Source: Macrostomum hystrix (taxonomy: Eukaryota; Animalia; Platyhelminthes). Taken from it: DNA of 64,000 bases. The stretch spans positions 4,836,001-4,900,000 of the forward strand of contig CATNEN010000003.1 of the NCBI GenBank assembly GCA_950097015.1, read 5' to 3'. Below, piece after piece: positions 1-11,913 of this stretch. A program made the translations under genes and the position numbers. Position 1 is the stretch's first letter, and every line of letters starts with the position of its first letter. Below the pieces are notes generated by a model. The model saw only the letters and a list, made by a program, of their open reading frames with translations, was not told where the DNA came from and searched no databases.

Positions 1-770
1 GAGATAAGAGTCGGTGATTAACGGGTTGAGTGACAGAGCAAAGATAAGTCACAGGGGAGATGATACAGGAGATTAATGAGGCACAGGAGAGATGAGACAC
101 TGAATAGATGAGACACGATAGAGATGAGAAATGGGAGAGATGAGACACGGGAGAGATCAGACACGGGAGAGATGAGACACGGGAGAGATGAGACACGGGA
201 GAGATGAGAAATGGGAGAGATCAGACACGGGAGAGATGAGAAATGGGAGAGATAAGACACGGGAGATCAGACACGGGAGAGATCAGACACGGGAGAGATG
301 AGACACGGGAGAGATGAGACACGGGAGAGATGAGACACGGGAGAGATAAGACACGGGAGAGATAAGACACGGGAGAGATGAGACACGGGAGAGATGTGAC
401 ACGCGGGAGATGAGACACGCGGGAGATGAGACACGATAGAGATAAGACACGAGAGAGATGAGACACGGGAGAGATGAGACACGGGAGAGATGAGACACGG
501 GAGAGATGAGACACGGGAGAGATGAGACACGGGAGAGATGAGACACGGGAGAGATTACACACGGGAGAGATGAGATACGGGAGAGATGAGACACGATAGA
601 GATGAGACACGGGGGAGATGAGACACGGGAGAGATGAGACACGGGAGAGATGAGACACGGGAGAGATGAGACACGGGAGAGATGAGACACGGGAGAGATG
701 AGACACGCGGGAGATATGACACGCGGGAGATGAGACACGAGAGAGATGAGACACGCGGGAGATGAGACAG
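1..770. repeat. Minisatellite, 16-bp unit GAGATGAGACACGGGA
   Basis: Tandem unit read directly; gives 16-aa periodic ORFs; same unit occurs inverted at 61693-62246. Confidence 0.95.
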
Positions 771-1207
771 GAGAAAGTTATTTCGCAGACCCCTGCAATA
801 CACGCAAGGCTAGTCCAATATTCTCTGTAGATGGACCAGCCCGCAAACTCCTTAGGCCCTCGGGGGGGTTGTGACGCGGCAGTTCTTCAGAGCTCGGGGG
901 CACTGAGTCACCGAGTCTCACGACGGAAATCATCGGCTCTCTGTTCTCACTGCCCGCCACCCTTCGCCTGTCCGCTCGCTGGCACGCAAACTTTGAGCCT
1001 AGAGTGACGTAATCGCAGCAGGACTAAGAAACCCCGGCCGTAGCCGTAGAGTCTTTTAGAAGACAGCAATTTTTCTGAAGCAAAAAAATGAGTATTTCTT
1101 TTTCTCGTGAAAATGGTTGCTGCCTAGAATGACTTATTAAAAAAGATGATAAAATCTAAAAAACTTTACTATTCTGACTTCAGATCGTGTAGAAATTCGA
1201 ATACATT

Positions 1208-1445
1208 TCCAAATCCCTTGTCCCCAAATCCCTGTCCCCAAATCCCTGTCCCCAAATCCCTTGTCCCCAAATCCCTGTCCCCAAATCCCTGTCCCCAAAT
1301 CCCTGTCCTCAAATCCCTGTCCCCAAATCTTTGTCCCCAAATCCCTGTCCCCAAATCCCTGTCCCCAAATCCCTGTCCCCAAATCCCTGTCCCCAAATCC
1401 CTGTCCCCAAATCCCTGTCCCCAAATCCCTGTCCCCAGATCCCTA
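1208..1445. repeat. Minisatellite, 14-bp unit TCCCCAAATCCCTG
   Basis: Tandem unit read directly. Confidence 0.95.
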
Positions 1446-1832
1446 TCCTGTCACTTAAGTCCTGTCTTCCCGAAATTCAATATTCCCTCGAGCTTCATGC
1501 GCTACTTCTTGTCTTTGTATCCCACGTTGGTCCCTTCTCAAGATGTTGTATTGCGTCATAGGGAGCTAATTAGGCCCAGTTGGCCAATAATTAGCCGCGC
1601 AAAGCTTTGACTCCCTCCCAGTTTTTAAATCCCCCGTCGCACAGAAGTTATCCAATGAAAATCTTCATTTTGGATTTTTATCTTAACACTATAGATTGAG
1701 TGGGAATGGTGCCTTAGGGTTGTTTCTTAGAATATGTCATTTAGTCCAGCAAGTGCCAATATTTGCTCACATCATTTGTTTGCGATTTGGATTTGTGAAG
1801 GGGATAATTTTGTCTCTATCCACGTTTCTCTG

Positions 1833-2243
1833 TCCTCTCCTCTCCTCTGCTCTCCTCTGCTCTCCTCTCCTCTGCTCTCCTCTCCTCTGCTCTCCTCTCC
1901 TCTCCTCTCCTCTGCTCTCCTCTCCTCTGCTCTCCTCTCCTCTGCTCTCCTCTCCTCTCCTCTGCTCTCCTCTCCTCTCCTCTGCTCTCCTCTGCTCTCC
2001 TCTCCTCTCCTCTCCTCTCCTCTCCTCTCCTCTCCTCTGCTCTCCTCTCCTCTGCTCTCCTCTCCTCTCCTCTGCTCTCCTCTCCTCTCCTCTCCTCTCC
2101 TCTGCTCTCCTCTCCTCTGCTCTCCTCTCCTCTCCTCTGCTCTCCTCTCCTCTCCTCTCCTCTCCTCTCCTCTGCTCTCCTCTCCTCTGCTCTCCTCTCC
2201 TCTCCTCTGCTCTCCTCTGCTCTCCTCTCCTCTCCTCTCCTCT
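1833..2243. repeat. Microsatellite (CTCCT/CTCTG)n
   Basis: 5-bp pyrimidine-rich repeat. Confidence 0.95.
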
Positions 2244-2526
2244 CTATTCTCTAAAAGGAGCTGTTTTAGTCCAGTATGGATTAGCAGAGCAAGCCAAGTC
2301 AGTTTTTTATGTTTTTGCTCTCAAAGAAGGCCAACCCGCAATAGTTCCTTTATTTTAAGCACAAGCAAACACAAATACTAAAGCACACTTTCATCAAAGT
2401 GGAAAACTAAAAGCAAACCAAACAGTCAGTTGGTAGCTATGCTTGATTGACAAGGCTGTGTGATAGCAACAGAACTACCGATCGACAGTTAAAAATTTGT
2501 GTTTAGCTAAAAATCATCATCTGTTT

Positions 2527-2956
2527 CACCCGCCCCTCCATTATCGGCCCCTATATCATCCGCCCCTCTATCATCCGCCCCTCTATCATCCGCCCCTCTA
2601 TCATCCGCCCCTCTATCATCCGCCCCTCTATCATCCGCCCCTCTATCATCCGCCCCTCTATCCTGCTCCCTTCTGTCATCCGCCCCTATATCATCCGTCC
2701 CTCTATCATCCGCCCCTCTATCATCCGCCCCTCTATCCTGCTCCCTTCTGTCATCCGCCCCTATATCATCCGTCCCTCTATCATCCACCCCTATATCATC
2801 GACCCCTCTATCGTCCGCCCCTTTACCATCCGCCCCTCTATCATCCTCACTTCTATCATCCGCCCCTCTATCATCCTCACTTCTATCATCCGCCCCTCTA
2901 TCATCCGCCCCTCTATCATCCGCCCCTCTATCATCCGCCCCTCTATCATCCGCCCC
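2527..2956. repeat. Minisatellite, 15-bp unit TATCATCCGCCCCTC
   Basis: Tandem unit; produces the YHPPL repeat ORF. Confidence 0.95.
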
Positions 2957-3453
2957 TTAGAAATTGTCTGCATCAGTCCTTAGCATTGTCTCTCTAATCG
3001 GTTCGTAGAATCAAAAGTTAATCACTTTCTTTTGCCGGCATTTTCCGTTACTGTCTTTTAGTGCAGAAGGGGTAGAATTTGGTCTTGTCAATCTAGCCAA
3101 TTGCTGTGAAAGAAAATTTGGCAAAAAGGCAAGAATTGCTTCAGATTTGAAAAAGCATATTTTCAGAACAGAAAAGTTTCTTAAAATATTGCCTATGAAG
3201 ACAGAATCTAAATTGTTTTAGTATGTAAAAAGCAAAAACGCATGAGCAATTCATAAAGATTGTGAAATGAAACTTTACTTTCAAGTGACACTTCTTTTAG
3301 GAGGCAATTTGAAGAAAGATTTTTATGATATCTACTACAACATTAAAGATTTGGAAAAAAAAGTCAACAGGTTTTTGTGGTCAGTCTGTTTATATCTACA
3401 AAAAAGCGATTAGTTTCTTAAAAAGTATCAGCCTACCGGAAATCCTTTGTGTC

Positions 3454-3930
3454 ATCTATAGATCAGTGTCTATAGATGCACATCAGTGTCTATAGATGCA
3501 AATCAGTGTCTATAGATGCACATCAGTGTCTATAGATGCAAATCAGTGTCTATAGATGCAAATCAGTGTCTATAGATGCACATCAGTGTCTATAGATGCA
3601 AATCAGTGTCTATAGATGCCCACTCAGTGTCTATAGATGTCAAATCAGTGTCTATAGATGTCAACTCAGTGTCTATAGATGTCAACTCAGTGTCTATAGA
3701 TGTCAACTCAGTGTCTATAGATGTCAACTCAGTGTCTATAGATGTCAACTGAGTGTCTATAGATCATGCTCCCAGATTCTATAGTGTCTATAGATCATGC
3801 TCCCAGTGTCTATAGACACTGATGTCAACTCAGTGTCTATAGATGTCAACTCAGTGTCTATAGATATCAACTCAGTGTCTATAGATATCAACTCAGTGTC
3901 TATAGATGTCAACTCAGTGTCTATAGATGC
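3454..3930. repeat. Minisatellite, 20/21-bp unit CAGTGTCTATAGATG(T)CAA(C)T
   Basis: Tandem unit with TCTATAGA palindrome; 20-bp units switch to 21-bp units along the array. Confidence 0.95.
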
Positions 3931-5289
3931 CAATTGAAGCGCAACCTTCGTCCTTAAATAGAAGGATGAATCTATTGCCGCGCGTGAGTGACAGCTTATA
4001 AAAGTATCTACCTCATGTAGCTTGTAAAAAACTCACATCAAATGTGCTCTTCAAATGTTACACAGAAAAATATTAACAAGAAGCGAAATATCACAAAGTT
4101 AATGCTTGGGAATTCAGAACTAGTTCGCAATGTCCGCTTTGAGCCTAAAATCCCCTAATATCTATCCGAAAAAAATAGAATTCTATGCTGAACCTAGAAA
4201 TCCTATGGAATCTTGCCAAAGCTTCCCTAAATTAATTATACTGCCATACAGCATCTTACACGTCAGTAGCACAGACTGCGTCCACCCCATCAGGCTGCCT
4301 ACGCGAATCCCCAGAATCATCTTTTCCCCTCCTTCCCCTTCGGAATGGACGAGCGAAGAGGGAGGGGGAGAATTTGAAGACGAATGGGATCGGATCCGGG
4401 AAGAGGCGAATAAGGGAGCGACTTTTAGTTTTAGAAATTTTACAGGAGGGAAGAGAAGAGAAATAATCCGCAGCCACCCCAAAGTTTAGTCAGGCCAGCG
4501 GCGGCGGGGCAGAAGGGTACACGGATTCTTAGAATGAGCGTGTGAGGAGAGCAGCCAATAGCGACTGGATGAGGGACAGAGGGGGGAGAGAGCGATAGAG
4601 CTGATTTTGCAAGGAATCCAGAAGCAGGGTTGCATACTAGGCGAGGGTGGGTTGGACGATGAAGGGTCGATTGCTAAGACGGGGAAGAAAGGAAGAAAGG
4701 AACAGACTGGCCGGACTTGGACAAGCCAACCCCAATGGGGGCAACCCCGTGCCCCAAAGCTCCCCAAACCAGAAGCGGGAGTTTAAATTCTGCTGTGTAC
4801 AAGGCGAGAAGAAGTTAAACGGAGCCCAGAAAGAGGAAAGAGAGGAAAATACGCTTTTTGAGATTCGTTTACTAATTCTCGACCCAGAAAGCCTTCAGCC
4901 AGCTTTGGACTTAAAGAAAGACCGATTTTTTAACTTAAACAGCTATTTTTTTATTTCTTCAAAAATTTCAAATCTTGTTTTTGAAAATTAAAGATAATCC
5001 ATTTCGAACTGGAAAAAATATTTAAAATTTAGCCTGGAGATCAACAGTTAAACGAATTACTTTTGCAGGTAAGAGTTATTAAGGCCGATTTGTTAATATT
5101 TATTATGAATTTTATGTGCATAAAGACAGGCTAAAAATGTATGACTCATTACATTCACTTTTTACATTCAGCCAAACTTCATAAACAAAGCTAGCTTTTT
5201 TGCACAAATTGGTAGGCCCTAGGTCATTTTTATATATACTAACTTGTACCTTTATTTATACCTACGGAACTTATAAAATTCATTATAAA

Positions 5290-5610
5290 ATCTCCCATTC
5301 TCCCTTACCCATCTTCCATTCCATCTCACCTATCTCCCATTCTCCCTCACCCATCTTCCATTCCATCTCACCTATCTCCCATTCTCCCTCACCTATCTCC
5401 CATTCTCCCTCACCTATCTCCCATTCTCCCTCACCCATCTTCCATTCTCCCTCACCCATCTCCCATTCTCCCTTACCCATCTCCCATTCTACCTCACCCA
5501 TCTCCCATTCTCCCTTACCCATCTCCCATTCTACCTCACCCATCTCCCATTCTCCCTTACCCATCTACCATTCTCTCTCTCTCACCCATCTCCCATTCTC
5601 CCTCCCACAT
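5290..5610. repeat. Minisatellite, 21-bp unit CCATCTCCCATTCTCCCTCAC
   Basis: Tandem unit read directly. Confidence 0.9.
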
Positions 5611-5631
5611 TTTCCACATTTCTAGAAATGT

Positions 5632-6287
5632 TGGACACCCTGTCTGTATTGAGTTAGACACCCTGACTGTCTTGTTGTGGACACCCTTGCCTTTCTTCTG
5701 GTGGACACCCTGTCTGTCTTGTAGTGGACACCCTTGCCTTTCTTCTGGTGGACACCCTGTCTGTCTTGTAGTGGACACCCTGTCTGTCTTGTAGTTGACA
5801 CCCTGTCTGTCTTGTAGTTGACACCCTGTCTGTCTTGTAGTTGACACCCTGTCTGTCTTTTAGTGGACACCCTGTCTGTCTTGTAGTGGACACCCTGTCT
5901 GTCTTGGAGTGGACACCCTGTCTGTCTTGTAGTGGACACCCTGTCTGTCTTGTAGTGGACACCCTGTCTGTCTTCTAGTGGACACCCTGTCTGTCCTGTA
6001 GTGTACACCCTGTCTGTCTTGTAGTGGACACCCTGTCTGTCTTGTAGTGGACACCCTGTCTGTCTTGGAGTGGACACCCTGTCTGTCTTCTAGTGGACAC
6101 CCTGTCTGTCTTGTAGTGGACACCCTGTCTGTCTTGTAGTGGACACCCTGTCTGTCTTGTAGTGGACACCCTGTCTGTCTTGTAGTGGACACCCTGTCTG
6201 TCTTGTAGTGGACACCCTGTCTGTCTTGGAGTGGACACCCTGTCTGTCTTGTAGTGGACACCCTGCCTGTCTTGTAGCGGACACCCC
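5632..6287. repeat. Minisatellite, 23-bp unit GTGGACACCCTGTCTGTCTTGTA
   Basis: Tandem unit read directly. Confidence 0.95.
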
Positions 6288-6964
6288 AGTCTATGCTTCA
6301 GGCGCTGAATTTCAGCTCGCACAGTTTGCGTTGATGAAAATCGGAAATCGATATTGCTAGCAGCACCGAGAACCATTCTCATCCAGGGTCATGCATAAAA
6401 CATGGCATGATAATGTATTGCATGCAAATCATGCCACACCTATATAGCATTACTTCGGATCCACACTAAATCTATTGACTGTACTATAACTAATCCTAAA
6501 GCATTAACTCGGACGAGCAACTCATTTGTAAACTAGACGCATATAGAGACTAAGAGAGAAATAGTGGGACAGTTCTAACCAACTCCCTAAATTCATCATC
6601 AATCATTTCTAGCCTAACTTTAAACCGAATATGTATATGCCACAAATATTGTGCATATAACGTTACTATTTGTAGCAAAAATTTGCTTACCCAACTCGTA
6701 CTGAATAATAATCCATAGATTATCATAGTTGTATGTACCATTGCAAAGAACAGTTATCAGTTTACAAGCAACTAAACAAATGCCAGACAATGTAAATGAT
6801 TGAATATAAATGATATTTGTCATTGTGCACTTTTAGTTGCACTAGCAGCGAAGCAAAGGACGAGAGTTAGAGCCACAAAGACTTTTAGAGGAAATTTCAG
6901 TCTATTTCCACGATTTGTAGAAGAATAGATTCTTAAAACTCAGTAAAGTAATCATGAATTAACC

Positions 6965-9026
6965 AACAATAACCTGAATCAATCTACAATAACCTGAATC
7001 AATCGACAATAACCTGAATCAATCTACAATAACCTGAATCAATCTACAATAACCTGAATCAATCTACAATAACCTGAATCAATCTGCAATAACCTGAATC
7101 AATCTACAATAACCTGAATCAATCTACAATAACCTGAATCAATCTACAATAACCTGAATCAATCTACAATTACCTGAATCAATCTACAATAACCTGAATC
7201 AATCTCCAATAACCTGAATCAATCTGCAATAACCTGAATCAATCTACAATAACCTGAATCAATCTACAATAACCTGAATCAATCTACAAGAACCTGAGTC
7301 AATCTACAAGAACCTGAGTCAATCTACAATAACCTGAATCAATCTACAATAACCTGAATCAATCTACAATTACCTGAATCAATCTACAATAACCTGAATC
7401 AATCTGCAATAACCTGAATCAATCTACAATAACCTGAATCAATCTACAATAACCTGAATCATTCTACAATAACCTGAATCAATCTCCAATAACCTGAATC
7501 AATCTGCAATAACCTGAATCAATCTACAATAACCTGAATCAATCTACAATAACCTGAATCAATCTACAAGAACCTGAGTCAATCTACAAGAACCTGAGTC
7601 AATCTACAAGAACCTGAGTCAATCTACAATAACCTGAATCAATCTACAATAACCTGAATCAATCTACAATAACCTAAATCAATCTACAATAATCTGAATC
7701 ATTATACAATGACCTGAATCAATCTACAATAACCTGAATCAATCTACAATAACCTGAATCAATCTACAATAACCTGAATCAATCTACAATAACCTGAATC
7801 AATCTACAATAACCTGAATCAATCTACAATAACCTGAATCATTATACAATAACCTGAATCATTCTACAATAACCTGAATCATTCTACAGTAACCTGAATC
7901 AATCTACAGTAACCTGAATCAATCTGCAATAACCTGAATCAATCTACAATAACCTGAATCAATCTACAATAACCTGAATCAATCTACAAGAAACTGAGTC
8001 AATCTGCAATAACCTGAATCAATCTACAATAACCTGAATCAATCTACAAGAACCTGAATCAATCTACAATAACCTGAGTCAATCTGCAATAACCTGAATC
8101 AATCTACAATAACCTAAATCAATCTACAATAACCTGAATCATTCTACAATAACCTGAATCAATCTACAATAACCTGAATCAATCTGCAATAACCTGAGTC
8201 AATCTACAATAACCTGAATCAATCTGCAATAACCTGAATCAATCTACAATAACCTGAATCATTCTACAATAACCTGAATCATTCTACAATGACCTGAATC
8301 AATCTACAATAACCTGAATCATTCTACAATAACCTGAATCATTCTACAATAACCTGAATCAATCTACAATAACCTGAATCATTCTAAAATAACCTGAATT
8401 AATCAACAATAACCTAAAGCAATCTACAAGAACCTGAATCAATCTACAATAACCTGAATCAATCTACAAGAACCTGAATCAATCTGCAATAACCTGAATC
8501 AATCTACAGTAACCTGAATCAATCTACAATAACCTGAATCATTCTACAATAACCTGAATCAATCTACAATAACCTGAATCAATCTACAATAACCTGAATC
8601 AATCTACAATAACCTGAATCAATCTACAATAACCTGAATCAATCTACAAGAACCTGAGTCAATCTACAAGAACCTGAGTCAATCTACAATAACCTGAATC
8701 AATCTACAAGAACCTGAATCAATCTACAATAACCTGAGTCAATCTGCAATAACCTGAATCAATCTACAATAACCTGAATCAATCTACAATAACCTGAATC
8801 AATCTACAATAACCTGAATCAATCTACAATAACCTGAATCAATCTACAATAACCTGAATCATTCTACAATAACCTGAATCATTCTACAATAACCTGAATC
8901 ATTCTACAATAACCTGAATCAATCTACAATAACCTGAATCATTCTACAATAACCTGAGTCAATCTGCAATAACCTGAATCAATCTACAATAACCTGAATC
9001 AATCTACAATAACCTGAATCAATCTA
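6965..9026. repeat. Minisatellite, 20-bp unit AATCTACAATAACCTGAATC (~100 copies)
   Basis: Units stay in register with the 60-bp lines for about 2 kb. Confidence 0.97.
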
Positions 9027-9822
9027 ACGATAATCGATTTCTTTTAAAGAGTAAAGAAAGGAAAGAACTTTTGCGAGAAGAGAAATATATTAGTTTAACT
9101 TTCACTGCATTAGTCGAACTTTCAATGGAACACAAGTTACCAAATCTGCCCAGCGTCGGTTTAAATTTTTACTTTAAAAAAAACGAAAATATTCTACTGA
9201 AAATTCCCAGGCTAGCGACTGCAGAAGGCAAAACAGGAAGATAAGACAGGGTAGACCTATGTCTAAAGATTAGAATAAATCAGGCAGACATCAAACACAA
9301 TGTCAACAAAAGTTTTTCTATAGCAGTTAAGATGGGTGAAGAGAATTCCAAACTTGCAGTAGCAGTCAGTTTTTAATGCCGTGTTAAAATCGTGCTACGC
9401 AATGTTAGGCAGCATTTCAGGTGTATCAAATTTATCCCTATTTTTCCATTTTAATGCTAGCTCGTTTAATCTTTCTTGAGCACTACTCAACAGGTTGGAT
9501 GACGGGAATTCTTATTTCTTGACAAAGAACTATTTTTTTGCCGCTTCCATCTGTTTTGCTACGTTTTTGGTTTGGTTAGGGATAAGACAGACATTTTCGA
9601 TGGGGGCTAAAATCCCCGGGCGAGAAAAACGGGGGGGTGGCGGTTTAGTATCCGGGTGGGGATTTCGTGTCGTCCATTTTTCATCTGAATTCTTTTCACA
9701 TTCTCTCTGCTTTTCACACCTACTCCAAATCAAATGCTGATCAGATTTTAAAAAGCTTACTTCTGTTTAAAAATAGATTTTGTTGTTGTTATGAAATGCT
9801 GCTCCAGAGAAATGTGATTTAA

Positions 9823-10718
9823 TTGTCATTATCTCTCATTAGAGTGTCATTATCTCTCATTAGAGTGTCAGTATCTCTCATTAGAGTGTCATTGTCTCTC
9901 ATTAGAGTGTCAGTATCTCTCATTAGAGTGTCAGTATCTCTCATTAGAGTGTCAGTATCTCTCATTAGAGTGTCAGTATCTCTCATTAGAGTGTCAGTAT
10001 CTCTCATTAGAGTGTCATTGTCTCTCATTAGAGTGTCAGTATCTCTCATTAGAGTGTCATTGTCTCTCATTAGAGTGTCAGTATCTCTCATTAGAGTGTC
10101 AGTATCTCTCATTAGAGTGTCAGTATCTCTCATTAGAGTGTCAGTATCTCTCATTAGAGTGTCATTGTCTCTCATTAGAGTGTCAGTATCTCTCATTAGA
10201 GTGTAATTAACTCTCATTAGAGTGCCATTATCTCTCATTACAGTGTCATTATCTCTCATTAGAGTGTCATTATCTCTCATTAGAGTGTAATTAACTCTCA
10301 TTAGAGTGCCATTATCTCTCATTACAGTGTCATTATCTCTCATTAGAGTGTCATTATCTCTCATTACAGTGTCATTATCTCTGTTTAGAGTGTAATTAAC
10401 TCTCATTAGAGTGTCAGTATCTCTCATTAGAGTGTAATTAACTCTCATTAGAGTGTCAGTATCTCTCATTAGAGTGTAATTAACTCTCATTAGAGTGCCA
10501 TTATCTCTCATTACAGTGTCATTATCTCTCATTAGAGTGTCATTATCTCTCATTACAGTGTCATTATCTCTGTTTAGAGTGTAATTAACTCTCATTAGAG
10601 TGCCATTATCTCTCATTAGAGTGTCATTATCTCTCATTACAGTGTCATTATCTCTGTTTAGAGTGTAATTAACTCTCATTAGAGTGCCATTATCTCTCAT
10701 TAGAGTGTCATTAACTCT
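9823..10718. repeat. Minisatellite, 21-bp unit TCTCTCATTAGAGTGTCA(G/T)TA
   Basis: Tandem unit; produces the DTLMRDN repeat ORF. Confidence 0.95.
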
Positions 10719-11533
10719 GTACTTAGTCTTATCAAACACGATTAACCAAAAAAAAAACTAAATCTATTCATTCTTCCTAATTAAAATGAATCCAGAAAAT
10801 CTGACATTTAAAATATAAAACTGACACATACTGTACACCATATTGCGGTACACTTTGTGGCATTTAGAACACATTTCTGTGTAAGCGTTTGTTGGCCCAG
10901 TCTACAAGAAAATCTTATCTCGTCTCGGAGCCAAATTTAAACATTACCGGATAGATTTCTCTGGGGAAATGATAAGTATGGGATGGTAGATCAGTTTTCA
11001 TCTGATCTGATCTCCCCTTCAACTCAAAGCATAGTGAGAGGATGCACTGTGTGTGGAACGCTATGGCTGGGATAAATTGGGATGCATGATGCCATTGCGC
11101 AGAGGGACCCTCAATTTACCAAGTCAAATTGAGGGAACGTTATACGCCAAAAGAGTGGGTGAAAACTAGCAACTCCCCTAGGGAGACATGCGGGTAGAGG
11201 AATAGTTGAACAGCACACGACTCAACTATCGTGACAGTTTTTAACAAGAAAATTACTTACTTCACTGAAGGCTGGTACTGCGCTGTCCAGTTGTGCAGCC
11301 AGCAGTGCAGAATATTATATATATTTTTGGTCGCATTATCCAGCTAGTGCAGTTGTACCAGTTGAATTTTTAAAAAGGCGCCGACGTAAAATATCTCAAG
11401 AATCTTGGAGACGGCTGTGCGTGACGTTGAACTGCACGCATTAGAATTGTCTCCTTAATATGATGGTAATGAAACTATTTTACTCTTAGTACAGAGTAAA
11501 TATTATTTGCGGTGTCCCCGTACATAACAAGTG

Positions 11534-11708
11534 CTATTTTTAGACACTCGAGTAGGGTTAACTAATTTAGGCACTTGACTGTTTCTATTTTTAGAAAAAC
11601 TATTGTATAATTACGCATTCATTGTACTCCACTATCAAACGTTTCTACATTTAGCTTGAGGGTTTACCCAGTTCAGACAGTCGACTTTTAAACTGTTGCT
11701 ATTTTTAG
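11534..11708. promoter_or_regulatory. Three perfect MEF2-type sites CTATTTTTAG upstream of the LRR-Ig gene
   Basis: CTATTTTTAG at 11534, 11585 and 11699; matches the MEF2 consensus CTA(A/T)4TAG; function is inferred. Confidence 0.4.
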
Positions 11709-11913
11709 AAACATCCTGAGAGTTACGCAATTACGGGTTTGGCACTTGACTGTTAAACTGTTGGCTATTTTGAAAACTTTTGTGAGTCTTAAAACTTGAC
11801 TTGAACAACTTGAACAATTTTTTCCCATTTCAGTCTTCAGTGATCTCGTCAGCTGCCTAAAATTATTTGGCGCCTCAGTCTGGCACATCGATCGCTGCTT
11901 GATTCGGCTGGTC

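Noticed and set aside
4130-4991. GC- and purine-rich stretch with short ORFs (also 778-1050)
   Set aside because: No recognisable domain or consistent splice structure. It may be a decayed retroelement or non-coding exon, but cannot be called without tblastx.
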